Below, one piece after another: positions 55,926-64,000 of a stretch of DNA of 64,000 nt (positions are counted from its first letter, which is position 1; each line of letters opens with the position of its first letter). Source of the stretch: Candidatus Dormiibacterota bacterium (lineage in GTDB: Bacteria; Chloroflexota; Dormibacteria; Aeolococcales; Aeolococcaceae); NCBI GenBank assembly GCA_963800175.1, contig CAWCZS010000002.1, forward strand, positions 2,497,695 through 2,561,694, in the 5' to 3' direction. Position numbers and translations under genes: made by a program. Below the pieces are notes generated by a model. The model was given only the letters and a program-made list of their open reading frames with translations, was not told the origin of the DNA and did not search any database.

Positions 55926-57476
55926 GGTGTCTCCTCGGTCGCGCGTGTCGTTCGTGTGGTGCGGGCTGTGTCCGCAACTGGGACTTCTGAACCTTACCCG
56001 ACGCCGTGTGCGGGAGCGAGTCGCGGAAGACCCAGGACCGTGGGATCTTGTATCCGGCGATGCGCGCTCGCAGATGTGTGCGTCAGTTCGTCCTCGGTCA
56101 CCGAGCCGTCCGCCGTGAGCACGACGTAGGCCTCGCCGACCTCGCCCCAGGTCGCGTCGGCGACGCCGATGACTGCTGCCTCGACGACAGCTTCGTGGTC
56201 GCAGAGGGCTTTCTCCACCTCGGCGGGATAGACGTTCTCGCCGCCCGAGATGTACACGTCCTTGACGCGGTCGACGATGGTGATGACGCCGGACTCGTCG
56301 GCCACGGCGACGTCGCCGGAGCGGAACCACCCGCCGTCGAGAAATGCCTGTTCCGTGGCTTCTGGAAGTCCCCAGTACCCGCGCATCACGTTCGGACCGG
56401 CGATGACGATCTCGCCCAGGTCCCCGGGCGCCGCAGCGGATCCGTCTTCGCGCACCAGGCGCACGTCGGTGAAGAAGTGCGGCACACCGGCAGCACCGAC
56501 TGTTTCGGCGCTGAGATGCGGGTCGACGATGAGCGCACCCGGCGCTGTCTCGGTCATCCCGTAGCCCTGGACGAACGAGAGGCCGCGTTCGAGATATGTG
56601 GTGATCAGCGATTTCGGGACGGGCGCGCCGCCGCACAGCAACAGGCGCACCGACGAGAGATCGGCCGTTGCCCACTTCGATGATTGTGTCAATGCGGCGA
56701 ACATCGTCGGCACGCCGAAGAGCAACGTGACGCGCATGCGAGCGATCGTCTCGATGACCAGGTCCGCATCGAACCGCGGCTCGATGATCAGGTGGCCGCC
56801 CTTGAGCAGCGTCGGGAGGCACGTCATGTTGAGCGCGGCGGTGTGAAACATCGGCGCAGTGACGAGTGTCACCTCGTCGCTGCGGAGGTCGAGGTCCACG
56901 AGCACGTTGAGGCAGTTCCACATGATGTTGTCGTGCGTGAGGATCGCGCCCTTCGGCCGGCCCGTCGTTCCCGACGTGTACATGATCATGCACGGTTCAT
57001 TCGCGTCCACCGTCACCTCGATCGGAGTGTCGGAGGCGCTCGCGATCATCGCTTCGTAGTCGAGCTGCCCCAGGAAACACTGCGTCGACGGCGATCAACT
57101 TCGGCCGCGTGTCCACGTCGAGCTGCTCCACCGTCGATGCCGATGCGCTGCCGAACAGCAGGACGTCCGCGCCGGAATCACCGAGCATGAAGCCGATTTC
57201 CGCCGCCGACAGTCTCGCGTTCAGTGGCACGAAGATCGCCCCCAGCGCGGCTGTGGCGAAGAGGCTTTCGAGAAACGCCGGGTGGTTGGCACCGAGATAC
57301 GCGACGCGCGATCCGTTGCCGGCACCGAGACTGTCCAGCGCATGCGCGAGGCGCGCGACCCGTGACGTCAGCGCGGCGTACGTGGTTGTCTGACCGGCGT
57401 ACGTCATCGCCGGACGGCGCGCGGCCTTTCGTGCCGCGCGGGCCGGCCATGCGCCCAGGCCGGACGCGCGATTCAC
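55922..57476 (-). pseudogene. AMP-dependent acyl-CoA ligase (FadD-like), frame broken 2-3 times; 3' end uncertain
   Basis: The GTG start is at 57476. The N-part is in ORF 56997..57680 and the core (MYTSGTTGRPKG, GYGMTET, WFRSGD) in ORF 55994..57049. The tail IAGYKIPRSWVFRDSLPHTASGKVQK is in a third frame. The switches are near 57081 and 56083, and possibly ~55975. Confidence 0.8.
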
Positions 57477-57480
57477 GGAG

Positions 57481-58348
57481 TCATTCCAGGCCGAGGATAC
57501 GCATCGCGTTGCGCTTGAGAATTTTCGGCTTGACCTCCGGTTTGATGTCGAGCGTGTCGAAGTCCGCGAGCCAGCGGTCCGGAGTTCAACAGCGGGTAGT
57601 CGGATCCGAACAGCACCTTGTCCTGCAGCAACGTGTTCGCGTACCGCACGAGTTGTGGTGGGAAATACTTCGGCGACCATCCCGAGAGATCGATGAACAC
57701 GGTCGGTTTGTGCGTCGCAACCGCGAGCGCCTCGTCCTGCCAGGGAAACGATGGATGCGCCAGGACGATGGTGAGATCCGGGAAGTCGACTGCCACGTCA
57801 TCGAGCAGCATCGGGTTCGAGTACTTGAGCCGTATGCCACCGCCACCTCGGACTCGGGCGCCGATTCCGGTCTGGCCGGTGTGAAAGATCGCGGGAAGTC
57901 CGAGCGCCTGAATCGCCTCGTAGAGCGGGTACGCGGCGCGATCGTTCGGGAAGAACCCTTGCAGGTTCGGATGAAACTTGAAGCCGCGGACGCCGAACGA
58001 TTCGGCGAGGCGTCGCGCTTCGCGCGCTCCTGCAGGCCCCTTGGCGGGATCGATGCTCGCAAAGGGAATGAGCACGTCCGCATGCTCCGCGGCAGCTGTC
58101 GCAATCTCCTCGTTGGAGATGGCCGGATGCGACGTCGCCGCCTCGGCATCGACGGTGAAGACCACCGCGGCCATGTGACGCTCCCGGTAGTACGCGGCAA
58201 TCTCGTGCACGGTCGGCATGCGATGCCCTGCGGCAAAGTACGCGTCGGCGCCCTCGCGGAGCGCATCGGGCAGCGAGTGATGACCGCTCGCCGAGATCTC
58301 GACGTGAACGTGGACGTCGATTGCGACGAGGCTCGCGACGTCGATCAT
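57481..58348 (-). CDS. Amidohydrolase_2 family metal-dependent hydrolase/decarboxylase (ACMSD-like TIM barrel); apparent +1 indel near 57586
   Basis: AIDVHVHVE..., FKFHP, IFHTG and VLFGSDYPLL are present. The conserved tail TPDRWLADFDTLDIKPEVKPKILKRNAMRILGLE is in the adjacent frame, ending at tga 57481-57483. Confidence 0.8.
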
Positions 58349-58761
58349 GGGCTCGTCAGTCGCGAGTTCAGGATGACCACCGGGATCTCGCGATCGGTGC
58401 GCTCCTGGTACTGGTCGTAGTCCGGCCAGGCCGCGGTCATGATCTTCCAGAGTTCGGGCTTCTCCTCCGCCGTCGCCGTGCGCGCGTGGGCCGCGAAGCG
58501 ATCTCCTTTCACCTGGACCTGCACCTCGGGGTTGGCGCTGAGATTCACATACCAGGCGGGCGGCTTTGGCGCTCCGCCTTTCGAGCCGACGACCAGGAGG
58601 TCATCACCGTGGCGGCCGAAGATGAGCGCATTGCTGCGCGACTGGCCGCTCTTGCGGCCCGTGGTGGTGAGGATCAGGATCTCGGTGCCTTTGTGCCACG
58701 CATACCCCTCTTCACCGTCAGTGGCGACGTATCGATCGACGTGTTCCTGGCCGAACAGCAT
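58345..58761 (-). CDS. Deazaflavin (F420)-dependent nitroreductase-family oxidoreductase (DDN/FDOR-A type)
   Basis: Only the last 138 aa of ORF 58345..59163 look genuine. Motifs include TTGRKSGQSR, VVGSKGGAPKPPAWYVNL, ELW and IPVVIL. There is an ATGA overlap with the next gene. Confidence 0.85.
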   Translation of the reverse strand: MLFGQEHVDRYVATDGEEGYAWHKGTEILILTTTGRKSGQSRSNALIFGRHGDDLLVVGSKGGAPKPPAWYVNLSANPEVQVQVKGDRFAAHARTATAEEKPELWKIMTAAWPDYDQYQERTDREIPVVILNSRLTSP

Positions 58762-58885
58762 CAGCGCATCTCCGCGAAGTTGATGGTGCCCCGACGCCGG
58801 GCGGCGGGCTTTCGAGTGTAATTTACCGGGTGCGCTTCCCAGGCCGGCCGTCCTCTGTTCCCCGTGTGACCAGGGTCGCGTAACC

Positions 58886-59890
58886 GTGGCATCGAGAGCG
58901 GGCGGTCTGATCGGCCGCATGGGACCGCTGGCTGTCGCCGTTGCCGCGGCGATGTGGGCAACCGACCCGTATTTCCGCCCCGAGCTCACCAAGCAGCTGA
59001 CGGCAAGCCAGATCGTCTTCGTCGAGTCGCTGCTCATCGCGCTGTGCTTTCTGCCTGTGGCGGGACGCATTCGCCGCGAGCTTCGGCATCTGCCGATCCG
59101 CCAGTGGATCGCGATGGGCGTCATCGCGCTCGGCGCGCAGGCGTTCGCCACCGTCCTCTTCACACAGGCGCTGAGCTACGCGTTCCCGGCGCATGCGGCG
59201 CCCGATTTCAACGTGGAGAACGAGGTGTACCTGCTGTACATGCTCCAGCCGGTCTTCGGTATCGCAATGGCACGCATCTTCCTGAAGGAGCGTCGCAAGC
59301 CGTACTTCTGGCCGCTCGCCGCGTGCGCCATCGTCGGCGTGTATCTGATCGTCTTTCCGCAGAATCCGCTGGCCCCGTTCTCCGCGGTGGAACACGATCA
59401 ACTCCTCGCCGCCGTCCTGATTCTCGGTGCCGTGATTCTCTGGGCGTCCGGGACCGTGTTCGGACGCTACAGCCTCTCCAACGTCTCGTTCGTGACGACC
59501 GCCGCGATGCGTTTCACGCTGGCACTTCCGGTGTTGCTCATCCTCATGCTGACCAACGTCGGCGGCGGTCACCTCGGGACGTTCTCGGTGCACCAGATTC
59601 CGAGCTTCATCGGAATCGCGCTCATCCCGGGGCTCCTCGCGATGCTCCTGTACTACCGAGCCCTCGCGAGCACACCGGCATCGCTCGCATCGATCGCCGA
59701 GCTCGGATATCCATGCACGCTGTTTCTTGTCTTCTCGCTCCCGGCGCCGGTCGGTCTCGGCCTGCCCCTGTACGGGATCGAGATCGTCGGTGCGCTGCTG
59801 CTGATCGCCGTGGTCACGACCCTGAACCTGCTCAAGCAGCGCGACGTCGTCGAGACGCCGCAGCATGCCGACGTCGCCCGTGCCCGCTGA
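58886..59890 (+). CDS. DMT-superfamily (EamA-like) transporter
   Basis: About ten hydrophobic helices in two EamA-like halves. ATG 58919 is an alternative start. Confidence 0.7.
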   Translation: MASRAGGLIGRMGPLAVAVAAAMWATDPYFRPELTKQLTASQIVFVESLLIALCFLPVAGRIRRELRHLPIRQWIAMGVIALGAQAFATVLFTQALSYAFPAHAAPDFNVENEVYLLYMLQPVFGIAMARIFLKERRKPYFWPLAACAIVGVYLIVFPQNPLAPFSAVEHDQLLAAVLILGAVILWASGTVFGRYSLSNVSFVTTAAMRFTLALPVLLILMLTNVGGGHLGTFSVHQIPSFIGIALIPGLLAMLLYYRALASTPASLASIAELGYPCTLFLVFSLPAPVGLGLPLYGIEIVGALLLIAVVTTLNLLKQRDVVETPQHADVARAR

Positions 59891-59910
59891 AGTCGGGACC
59901 TAGCGACTCG

Positions 59911-60513
59911 ATGCCGTCGTTCTGGATCGTGGTGCTGATCAAGGACTTCACCACCGCGAAAAGCAGGCTTGCCTCGGTGCTCGAGCCACAACCGCGGCGG
60001 CGCCTCGCCGAGATGACTGCCGCGCGCGCCCTCGATGCCGCGCTCGCGGTTGCGCCGACACTCGCGGTATGCGGATCGATCGAGGCGGCGGATCTCGCCC
60101 GAGTTCGCGGGGCCGCGCTGGTGGTGGAGGAATCACCGAGCGGTCAGAACCCCGCGGCGATGCGCGGTCTCGCCGAGGTCTCGCAGCGCGGCGCGTCGGC
60201 GGCACTGCTCCTCAGCTCGGATCTCCCGCTCGTGGATGAGGCGGCACTCCGCCGGCTCCTCGCGGTCACGGAGACGCCGGGAAGCCTCGTGGTCGCGGCG
60301 TCGGCGGATGGCCGCCAGGGCACGAACGCCCTCTACCTGCGACCGCCCGGTGACTTCTCACTCCACTTCGGGCAGGCGTCGCTGCCGAAATTCGCCGAGG
60401 AAGCTCGAAGCCGCGGGCGCCGGTTCATCGTCCACGAAGATCCGAGCCTGGCGCTTGACCTCGACGAGCCCGCCGACCTCACCGCATGGCGCCGGCTCGA
60501 GCCGACCGGGTGA
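59911..60513 (+). CDS. cofC: 2-phospho-L-lactate / phosphoenolpyruvate guanylyltransferase
   Basis: The start is MPSFWIVVLIKDFTTAKSRLASVL, inside ORF 58954..60513. A GTNALYL region is present. It sits ahead of cofE and cofD. Confidence 0.8.
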   Translation: MPSFWIVVLIKDFTTAKSRLASVLEPQPRRRLAEMTAARALDAALAVAPTLAVCGSIEAADLARVRGAALVVEESPSGQNPAAMRGLAEVSQRGASAALLLSSDLPLVDEAALRRLLAVTETPGSLVVAASADGRQGTNALYLRPPGDFSLHFGQASLPKFAEEARSRGRRFIVHEDPSLALDLDEPADLTAWRRLEPTG

Positions 60514-61248
60514 ACCTCGAGCTTCGCGGCGTCGAGGGTCTTCCCGAGATCCATCCGGGTGACGACCTCCCTGCCCTGATCGTCGAGCACTCGGGAACGC
60601 TCCATGACGGCGATGTCGTGGTGGTGGCCCAGAAGGTCGTCTCCAAAGCGGAGGGCCGGATTCGCACGCTGTCTGACGTGCTGCCATCGGCGCAAGCCGT
60701 GCAGCTGGCGGCCGGTCTTGATGCCGACGCTCGCATGGTCCAGGTGGTGCTCGACGAGACCCGGCGCATCGTCCGCGCCGACCGCGTGCTCATCGTCGAG
60801 ACCCACCAGGGATTCGTCTGTGCCAACGCCGGCGTCGACCGCTCGAACATGGACGGCAAGGACGACGTCTGCCTGCTTCCCATCGACTGCGACGCGAGCG
60901 CGCAGTCGCTCCGCGATCGGTTTCAGGCGCTTGGCCGCGGTGCGCGTCGGTGTGATCATCAGCGACACGTTCGGGCGCGCCTGGCGGATGGGGCTCGTCA
61001 ACGTCGCGCTCGGTGTGGCCGGCCTGCCGGCAATGCTCGACTATCGTGGACAGCCGGATGACTTCGGCATGCCGCTGCAGGCGACGGTGGTCGCGATCGC
61101 CGACGAGCTCGCGGCGGCCGCGGAGATCGTGATGGGCAAGACCCGGCGCGTCCCGGTCGTGGTCGTGAAAGGCCTTGGCGAGCTCGAAGGCGGTCCAGGC
61201 TCCGGGCAGGAGCTCGTACGGCCGTCCGAGCTGGACCTTTTCCGATGA
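60510..61248 (+). CDS. cofE: F420-0:gamma-glutamyl ligase, single-domain form; apparent +1 indel near 60933
   Basis: The GTG start forms a GTGA overlap with the cofC stop. GDVVVVAQKVVSKAEGR and ANAGVD (ORF 60486..) join VGVIISDTFGRAWRMGLVNVALG (ORF 60604..61248). The product is ~246 aa with no extra C-terminal domain. Confidence 0.85.
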
Positions 61249-62174
61249 AGGTCGCGCTCCTCTCGGGAGGCACCGGCGGCGCACGGCTCGCGAGCGGGCT
61301 CGCGGCGGAGCTCTCGCCGGAGGATCTGTCCATCGTCGCCAACACCGGGGACGACGACGAGTTCTGGGGCTTGCTGGTGAGCCCGGACGTCGACGCGATC
61401 CTCTACCGCCTCGCTGGTCTCTTCAATGAAGCAACGGGATTCGGCGTGCGCGACGACACGTTCAACGCTCAGGCGATGCTCGGAAGTCTCGGAGAGCAGA
61501 CCTGGTTCCAGCTGGGGGACCGCGACATCGGCGTCCATGTGCTGCGCGCCACGCTGCTGCACAAGGGCCTTCGCCTCAGCGAGGCGGTGGCGCACCTCGC
61601 CCGAGCCTTCGGCATCGACGTTGCCGTGATCCCGATGAGCGACGACCCGGTGCGCACGCGGATCAGGACCGACTCCGGCGAGATGAGCATGCAGGAGTGG
61701 TTCGTCGGTGAGCGCTGCGCGCCAGTCGTTCGAAGCATCCGGCTCGCCGGCATCGAGACAGCGAAGGCATCGCCTGAAGCTGTCGCTGCGGTCCGCAACG
61801 CGGATGCCGTGGTCATCGGCCCGTCGAATCCAATTTTGAGCATCGATCCGATCCTGGCCGTCCTCGGTGATGAGCTCGACCGTGAGCGGGTCACCGTCAT
61901 CTCGCCTGTCGTCGGCGGGCGCTCGCTCAAGGGCCCGACCATTTCGATGCTCGAGCAGATGGGCGAAGAGGCCACGGCGCTCGGCGTGGCGCGACGCTAC
62001 GCCGGCATCGCGGCGAACATCGTGATCGACCGCGTCGACGCCGGCTTGCGCGAGTCGATCCGTGCACTGGGGATGCACACGCTCGTCGACGACACGGTGA
62101 TGGAAGGGCCCGACGGCGAGCGCCGATTCGCCCACGCACTCCTGCACGAACTAGAGTTGCTTGATGGCTCATGA
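61245..62174 (+). CDS. cofD: 2-phospho-L-lactate transferase (FO to F420-0 step)
   Basis: MKVALLSGGTGGARLASGL, TGDDDEFWGL and GPSNPILSI. There is an ATGA overlap with cofE. Confidence 0.9.
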   Translation: MKVALLSGGTGGARLASGLAAELSPEDLSIVANTGDDDEFWGLLVSPDVDAILYRLAGLFNEATGFGVRDDTFNAQAMLGSLGEQTWFQLGDRDIGVHVLRATLLHKGLRLSEAVAHLARAFGIDVAVIPMSDDPVRTRIRTDSGEMSMQEWFVGERCAPVVRSIRLAGIETAKASPEAVAAVRNADAVVIGPSNPILSIDPILAVLGDELDRERVTVISPVVGGRSLKGPTISMLEQMGEEATALGVARRYAGIAANIVIDRVDAGLRESIRALGMHTLVDDTVMEGPDGERRFAHALLHELELLDGS

Positions 62175-62574
62175 GACCGTCCTCGACTTCGTCCGCGCGA
62201 ACCAGCGCGCGGTGCTCGCAACGTATCGCCGCGACGGACAGGCGCAACTCTCGCCCGTCGGTGCAACGGTCGACGCGGAAGGTCGCGTGGTGATCAGCAC
62301 GCGTGAGGGGGCGATGAAGACGCTCAACCTCCGGCGCACGCCGCGCGCCGCGCTCTGCGTGATCAGCCAGCAGTTCTTCGGTGAATGGCACAGCCTCGAA
62401 GGGAGCGTCGAGATCGTGAGCCTTCCCGAAGCGATGGAACCGCTTGTCGACTACTACCGCCGCATCAGCGGCGAGCATCCGGACTGGAACGAGTACCGCG
62501 AAGCGATGGTGCGGGAGCGCCGTGTCCTGCTGCGCATCACCGTCGACCGGAGCGGACCGACCACCCAGGGGTAA
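62161..62574 (+). CDS. PPOX-class (split beta-barrel) probable F420-dependent enzyme
   Basis: 137 aa. The pattern RAVLATYRRDGQAQLSPV...VVISTREGAMKTLNLRRTPRAALCV is typical of the pyridoxamine-5'-phosphate-oxidase-like FDOR-B group. It overlaps the cofD end by 14 nt. Confidence 0.75.
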   Translation: MMAHETVLDFVRANQRAVLATYRRDGQAQLSPVGATVDAEGRVVISTREGAMKTLNLRRTPRAALCVISQQFFGEWHSLEGSVEIVSLPEAMEPLVDYYRRISGEHPDWNEYREAMVRERRVLLRITVDRSGPTTQG

Positions 62575-62580
62575 GTCGGC

Positions 62581-63630
62581 TCAGGCGGCGCCGGTGCTCG
62601 GGGTGATCGCGCGCAGTCGCGGGAGCACCTCGCGCGAATAGAGGTCGAGAAAGCGACGCTGATCGGATCCGGGTGCGTGAAAGATGAGGTGGGTGAACCC
62701 GAGGTCGAGGTACGGGCGGATGCGGTCCACGTGCTCGTCGGGATCCGAGGAGACGATCCACCGGCTCGCCGCTCGCTCCGTGGGAAGCGCATCGGCGAGA
62801 CGCTCCATCTCGACGGGATCCTCGACACCCACCTTTTCCTCGGGCGACAGCGCCAGCGCCGACCAGTGACGCGTGTCATCCCGAGCTCTCTCGAGGTCCG
62901 TGTCAAAGGACACCTTCATCTCGATCGTCAACTCCACAGCGTCCACCTCACGGGCTGCCGCGCGGGCACCCTCTGCCTCAGCGGGGAGCAGCGTGTCCGC
63001 ATAGAGCTCCATGCCCTTGCCACTCGTGCAGATCAGCCCGTCGGCAACTCTGCCCGCGAGCCGCGCGGCTGACGCTCCTGCTGCCGCGATGTAGATGGGG
63101 ATCGGCTCTTCCGGACGGTCGTAGATGGTGGCGTTCCGCGTGCGGTAGTACGTGCCGTCGAAGGTGACACGGTCCGCTGTCAACAGAGTCTGGATGAGCG
63201 TGACCGCCTCCTTGAGGCGCGCGAACCGCTCCTTGGCGTCCGGCCATTCGGTGCCGAGCGGCGCCTCGTTCATCGACTCGCCGGTTCCCACCCCGAGCCA
63301 GAAGCGGCCGGGAAACATGCTCCCGAGCGTTCCCATCGCCTGCGCGACCACTGCGGGGTGATAGCGGAACGTCGGGGTGAGCACACTCGTCCCGAGCGCG
63401 ATGCGGCTGGTCGCCTGACCGGCCGCGCCGAGCCATGCCAGCGAAAACGGCGCGTGGCCGCCGGTGTGCCGCCACGGCTGAAAGTGGTCACTGATCGCGG
63501 CGGTGTCGAATCCGCACTCCTCAGCCGCCACGGTGAATTCGAGTAGTGCTGTGGGGCCGAACTGCTCCGCCGACACCTTGTATCCGAACCGAAGTTGACG
63601 AGACACCTCCGAGATCTTCCCACGCGGCAC
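62581..63630 (-). CDS. fgd: F420-dependent glucose-6-phosphate dehydrogenase (LLM class)
   Basis: It aligns along its whole length with my memory of mycobacterial Fgd1: GYKVSAEQF, SDHFQPWRH.GGHAPFSL.W, GTSVLTPTFRY.PAV.AQA, KERFARL.E, ICTSGKG, RWIV.SDPDE and HAPG.DQRRFL. Confidence 0.9.
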   Translation of the reverse strand: MPRGKISEVSRQLRFGYKVSAEQFGPTALLEFTVAAEECGFDTAAISDHFQPWRHTGGHAPFSLAWLGAAGQATSRIALGTSVLTPTFRYHPAVVAQAMGTLGSMFPGRFWLGVGTGESMNEAPLGTEWPDAKERFARLKEAVTLIQTLLTADRVTFDGTYYRTRNATIYDRPEEPIPIYIAAAGASAARLAGRVADGLICTSGKGMELYADTLLPAEAEGARAAAREVDAVELTIEMKVSFDTDLERARDDTRHWSALALSPEEKVGVEDPVEMERLADALPTERAASRWIVSSDPDEHVDRIRPYLDLGFTHLIFHAPGSDQRRFLDLYSREVLPRLRAITPSTGAA

Positions 63631-63668
63631 GTCGCAGCCCGGTCAGCGGCGCTGCGGCGCCGTCCGTG

Positions 63669-64000
63669 TCAGCTGGCGGCGGCGAAGACGACCGGGTTAT
63701 CCAGCTCCGAGTCGATCACCGCAGGCGCAGCCTGACCCACCATGCGCCGCGCCAACTCGATCTTCGCGATCAGTGCCTCGGGTGCGAACGGCTTGCCGAG
63801 GTATTCGCATTGCAGCTCATAGGCGCGATTGAGCACGTCGGCACTGTCGAGGAGCCCCGTCATCACCACCATCGGCATGAGCGCATGCATGCCGCCGGCG
63901 CGCACCGTGGCGATGAGATCCCAACCGTCGCCGTCGGGAAGCCCGATATCCACGACCATCACGTCGGTGGGGTGCGACAGCTCCGCCATCGCCTCCCGGA
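63669..64000 (-). CDS. Response-regulator receiver-domain protein; 5' end outside the window
   Basis: VMVVDIGLPDGDGWDLI (phospho-acceptor Asp context) and YLGKPF. The frame remains open upstream of the listed Met to the window edge. Confidence 0.6.
   Translation of the reverse strand, partial: REAMAELSHPTDVMVVDIGLPDGDGWDLIATVRAGGMHALMPMVVMTGLLDSADVLNRAYELQCEYLGKPFAPEALIAKIELARRMVGQAAPAVIDSELDNPVVFAAAS

Noticed and set aside
58345-59163. Full 272-aa ORF as a long DDN-type protein overlapping the DMT transporter gene
   Set aside because: Family similarity starts at MLFGQEHVDRY (58761). The upstream part is low-complexity and overlaps the divergent transporter gene.
1-64000. tRNA, rRNA, riboswitch or other classical RNA genes in the larger intergenic regions (8876-9030, 10360-10564, 33661-33854, 46510-46659, 55208-55465)
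   Set aside because: I saw no cloverleaf-compatible sequence with a T-loop (GTTCRA) motif and no recognisable riboswitch core. The structured segment at 55208-55465 is reported as an unexplained element rather than as a named RNA.

Overview
This is a very GC-rich chromosomal segment; codon position 3 is almost always G or C. It is most likely from an Actinomycetota-type genome, judging by LCP, GT39, DUF222-HNH, Fgd, DDN-type and F420 genes. I can support about 65 protein genes. I found no rRNA, tRNA, CRISPR array, transposase or integrase.

Blocks:
- 1-8.9 kb: cell-envelope and signalling genes (GT39, TolB-like, LCP, TMEM175-type channel, HtrA, membrane GAF-GGDEF-EAL protein).
- 9.0-10.5 kb: a DUF222-HNH (REP13E12-like) gene followed by a ~42-bp tandem repeat.
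- 10.5-17.7 kb: assorted genes (sugar-dehydrogenase-like lipoprotein, aldo-keto reductase, broken MFS pump, orphan Flp pilin, OmpR-type two-component pair, AAC(6')-like GNAT).
- 17.7-24.9 kb: an aryl-CoA (2-aminobenzoyl/salicylyl-CoA type) cluster.
- 26.3-33.7 kb: an intact beta-ketoadipate operon, pcaIJFHGBDC plus pcaR.
- 33.9-42.2 kb: divergent from the pca operon, an ABC importer plus aldehyde dehydrogenase, pobA and a second intradiol dioxygenase.
- 42.2-46.5 kb: SDR, peroxiredoxin, DUF3224, nucleotidyltransferase-fold protein, APC permease.
- 46.5-53.5 kb: a DeoR-linked sugar cluster with two BtpA/SgcQ paralogues. I rate this the best candidate for an undescribed pathway.
- 53.5-58.8 kb: acyl-CoA enzymes with an amidohydrolase and a DDN-type F420 enzyme.
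- 58.9-63.6 kb: an F420 island (DMT transporter, cofC-cofE-cofD-PPOX, fgd).
- 63.7-64.0 kb: a truncated receiver-domain gene at the 3' edge.

A window-wide oddity is about 18-21 apparent frameshifts, almost all equivalent to a single inserted base. Gene calls rest on my recognition of protein families in the supplied translations, on gene order, on start/stop overlaps and on my own reading of the DNA. No database search was run.
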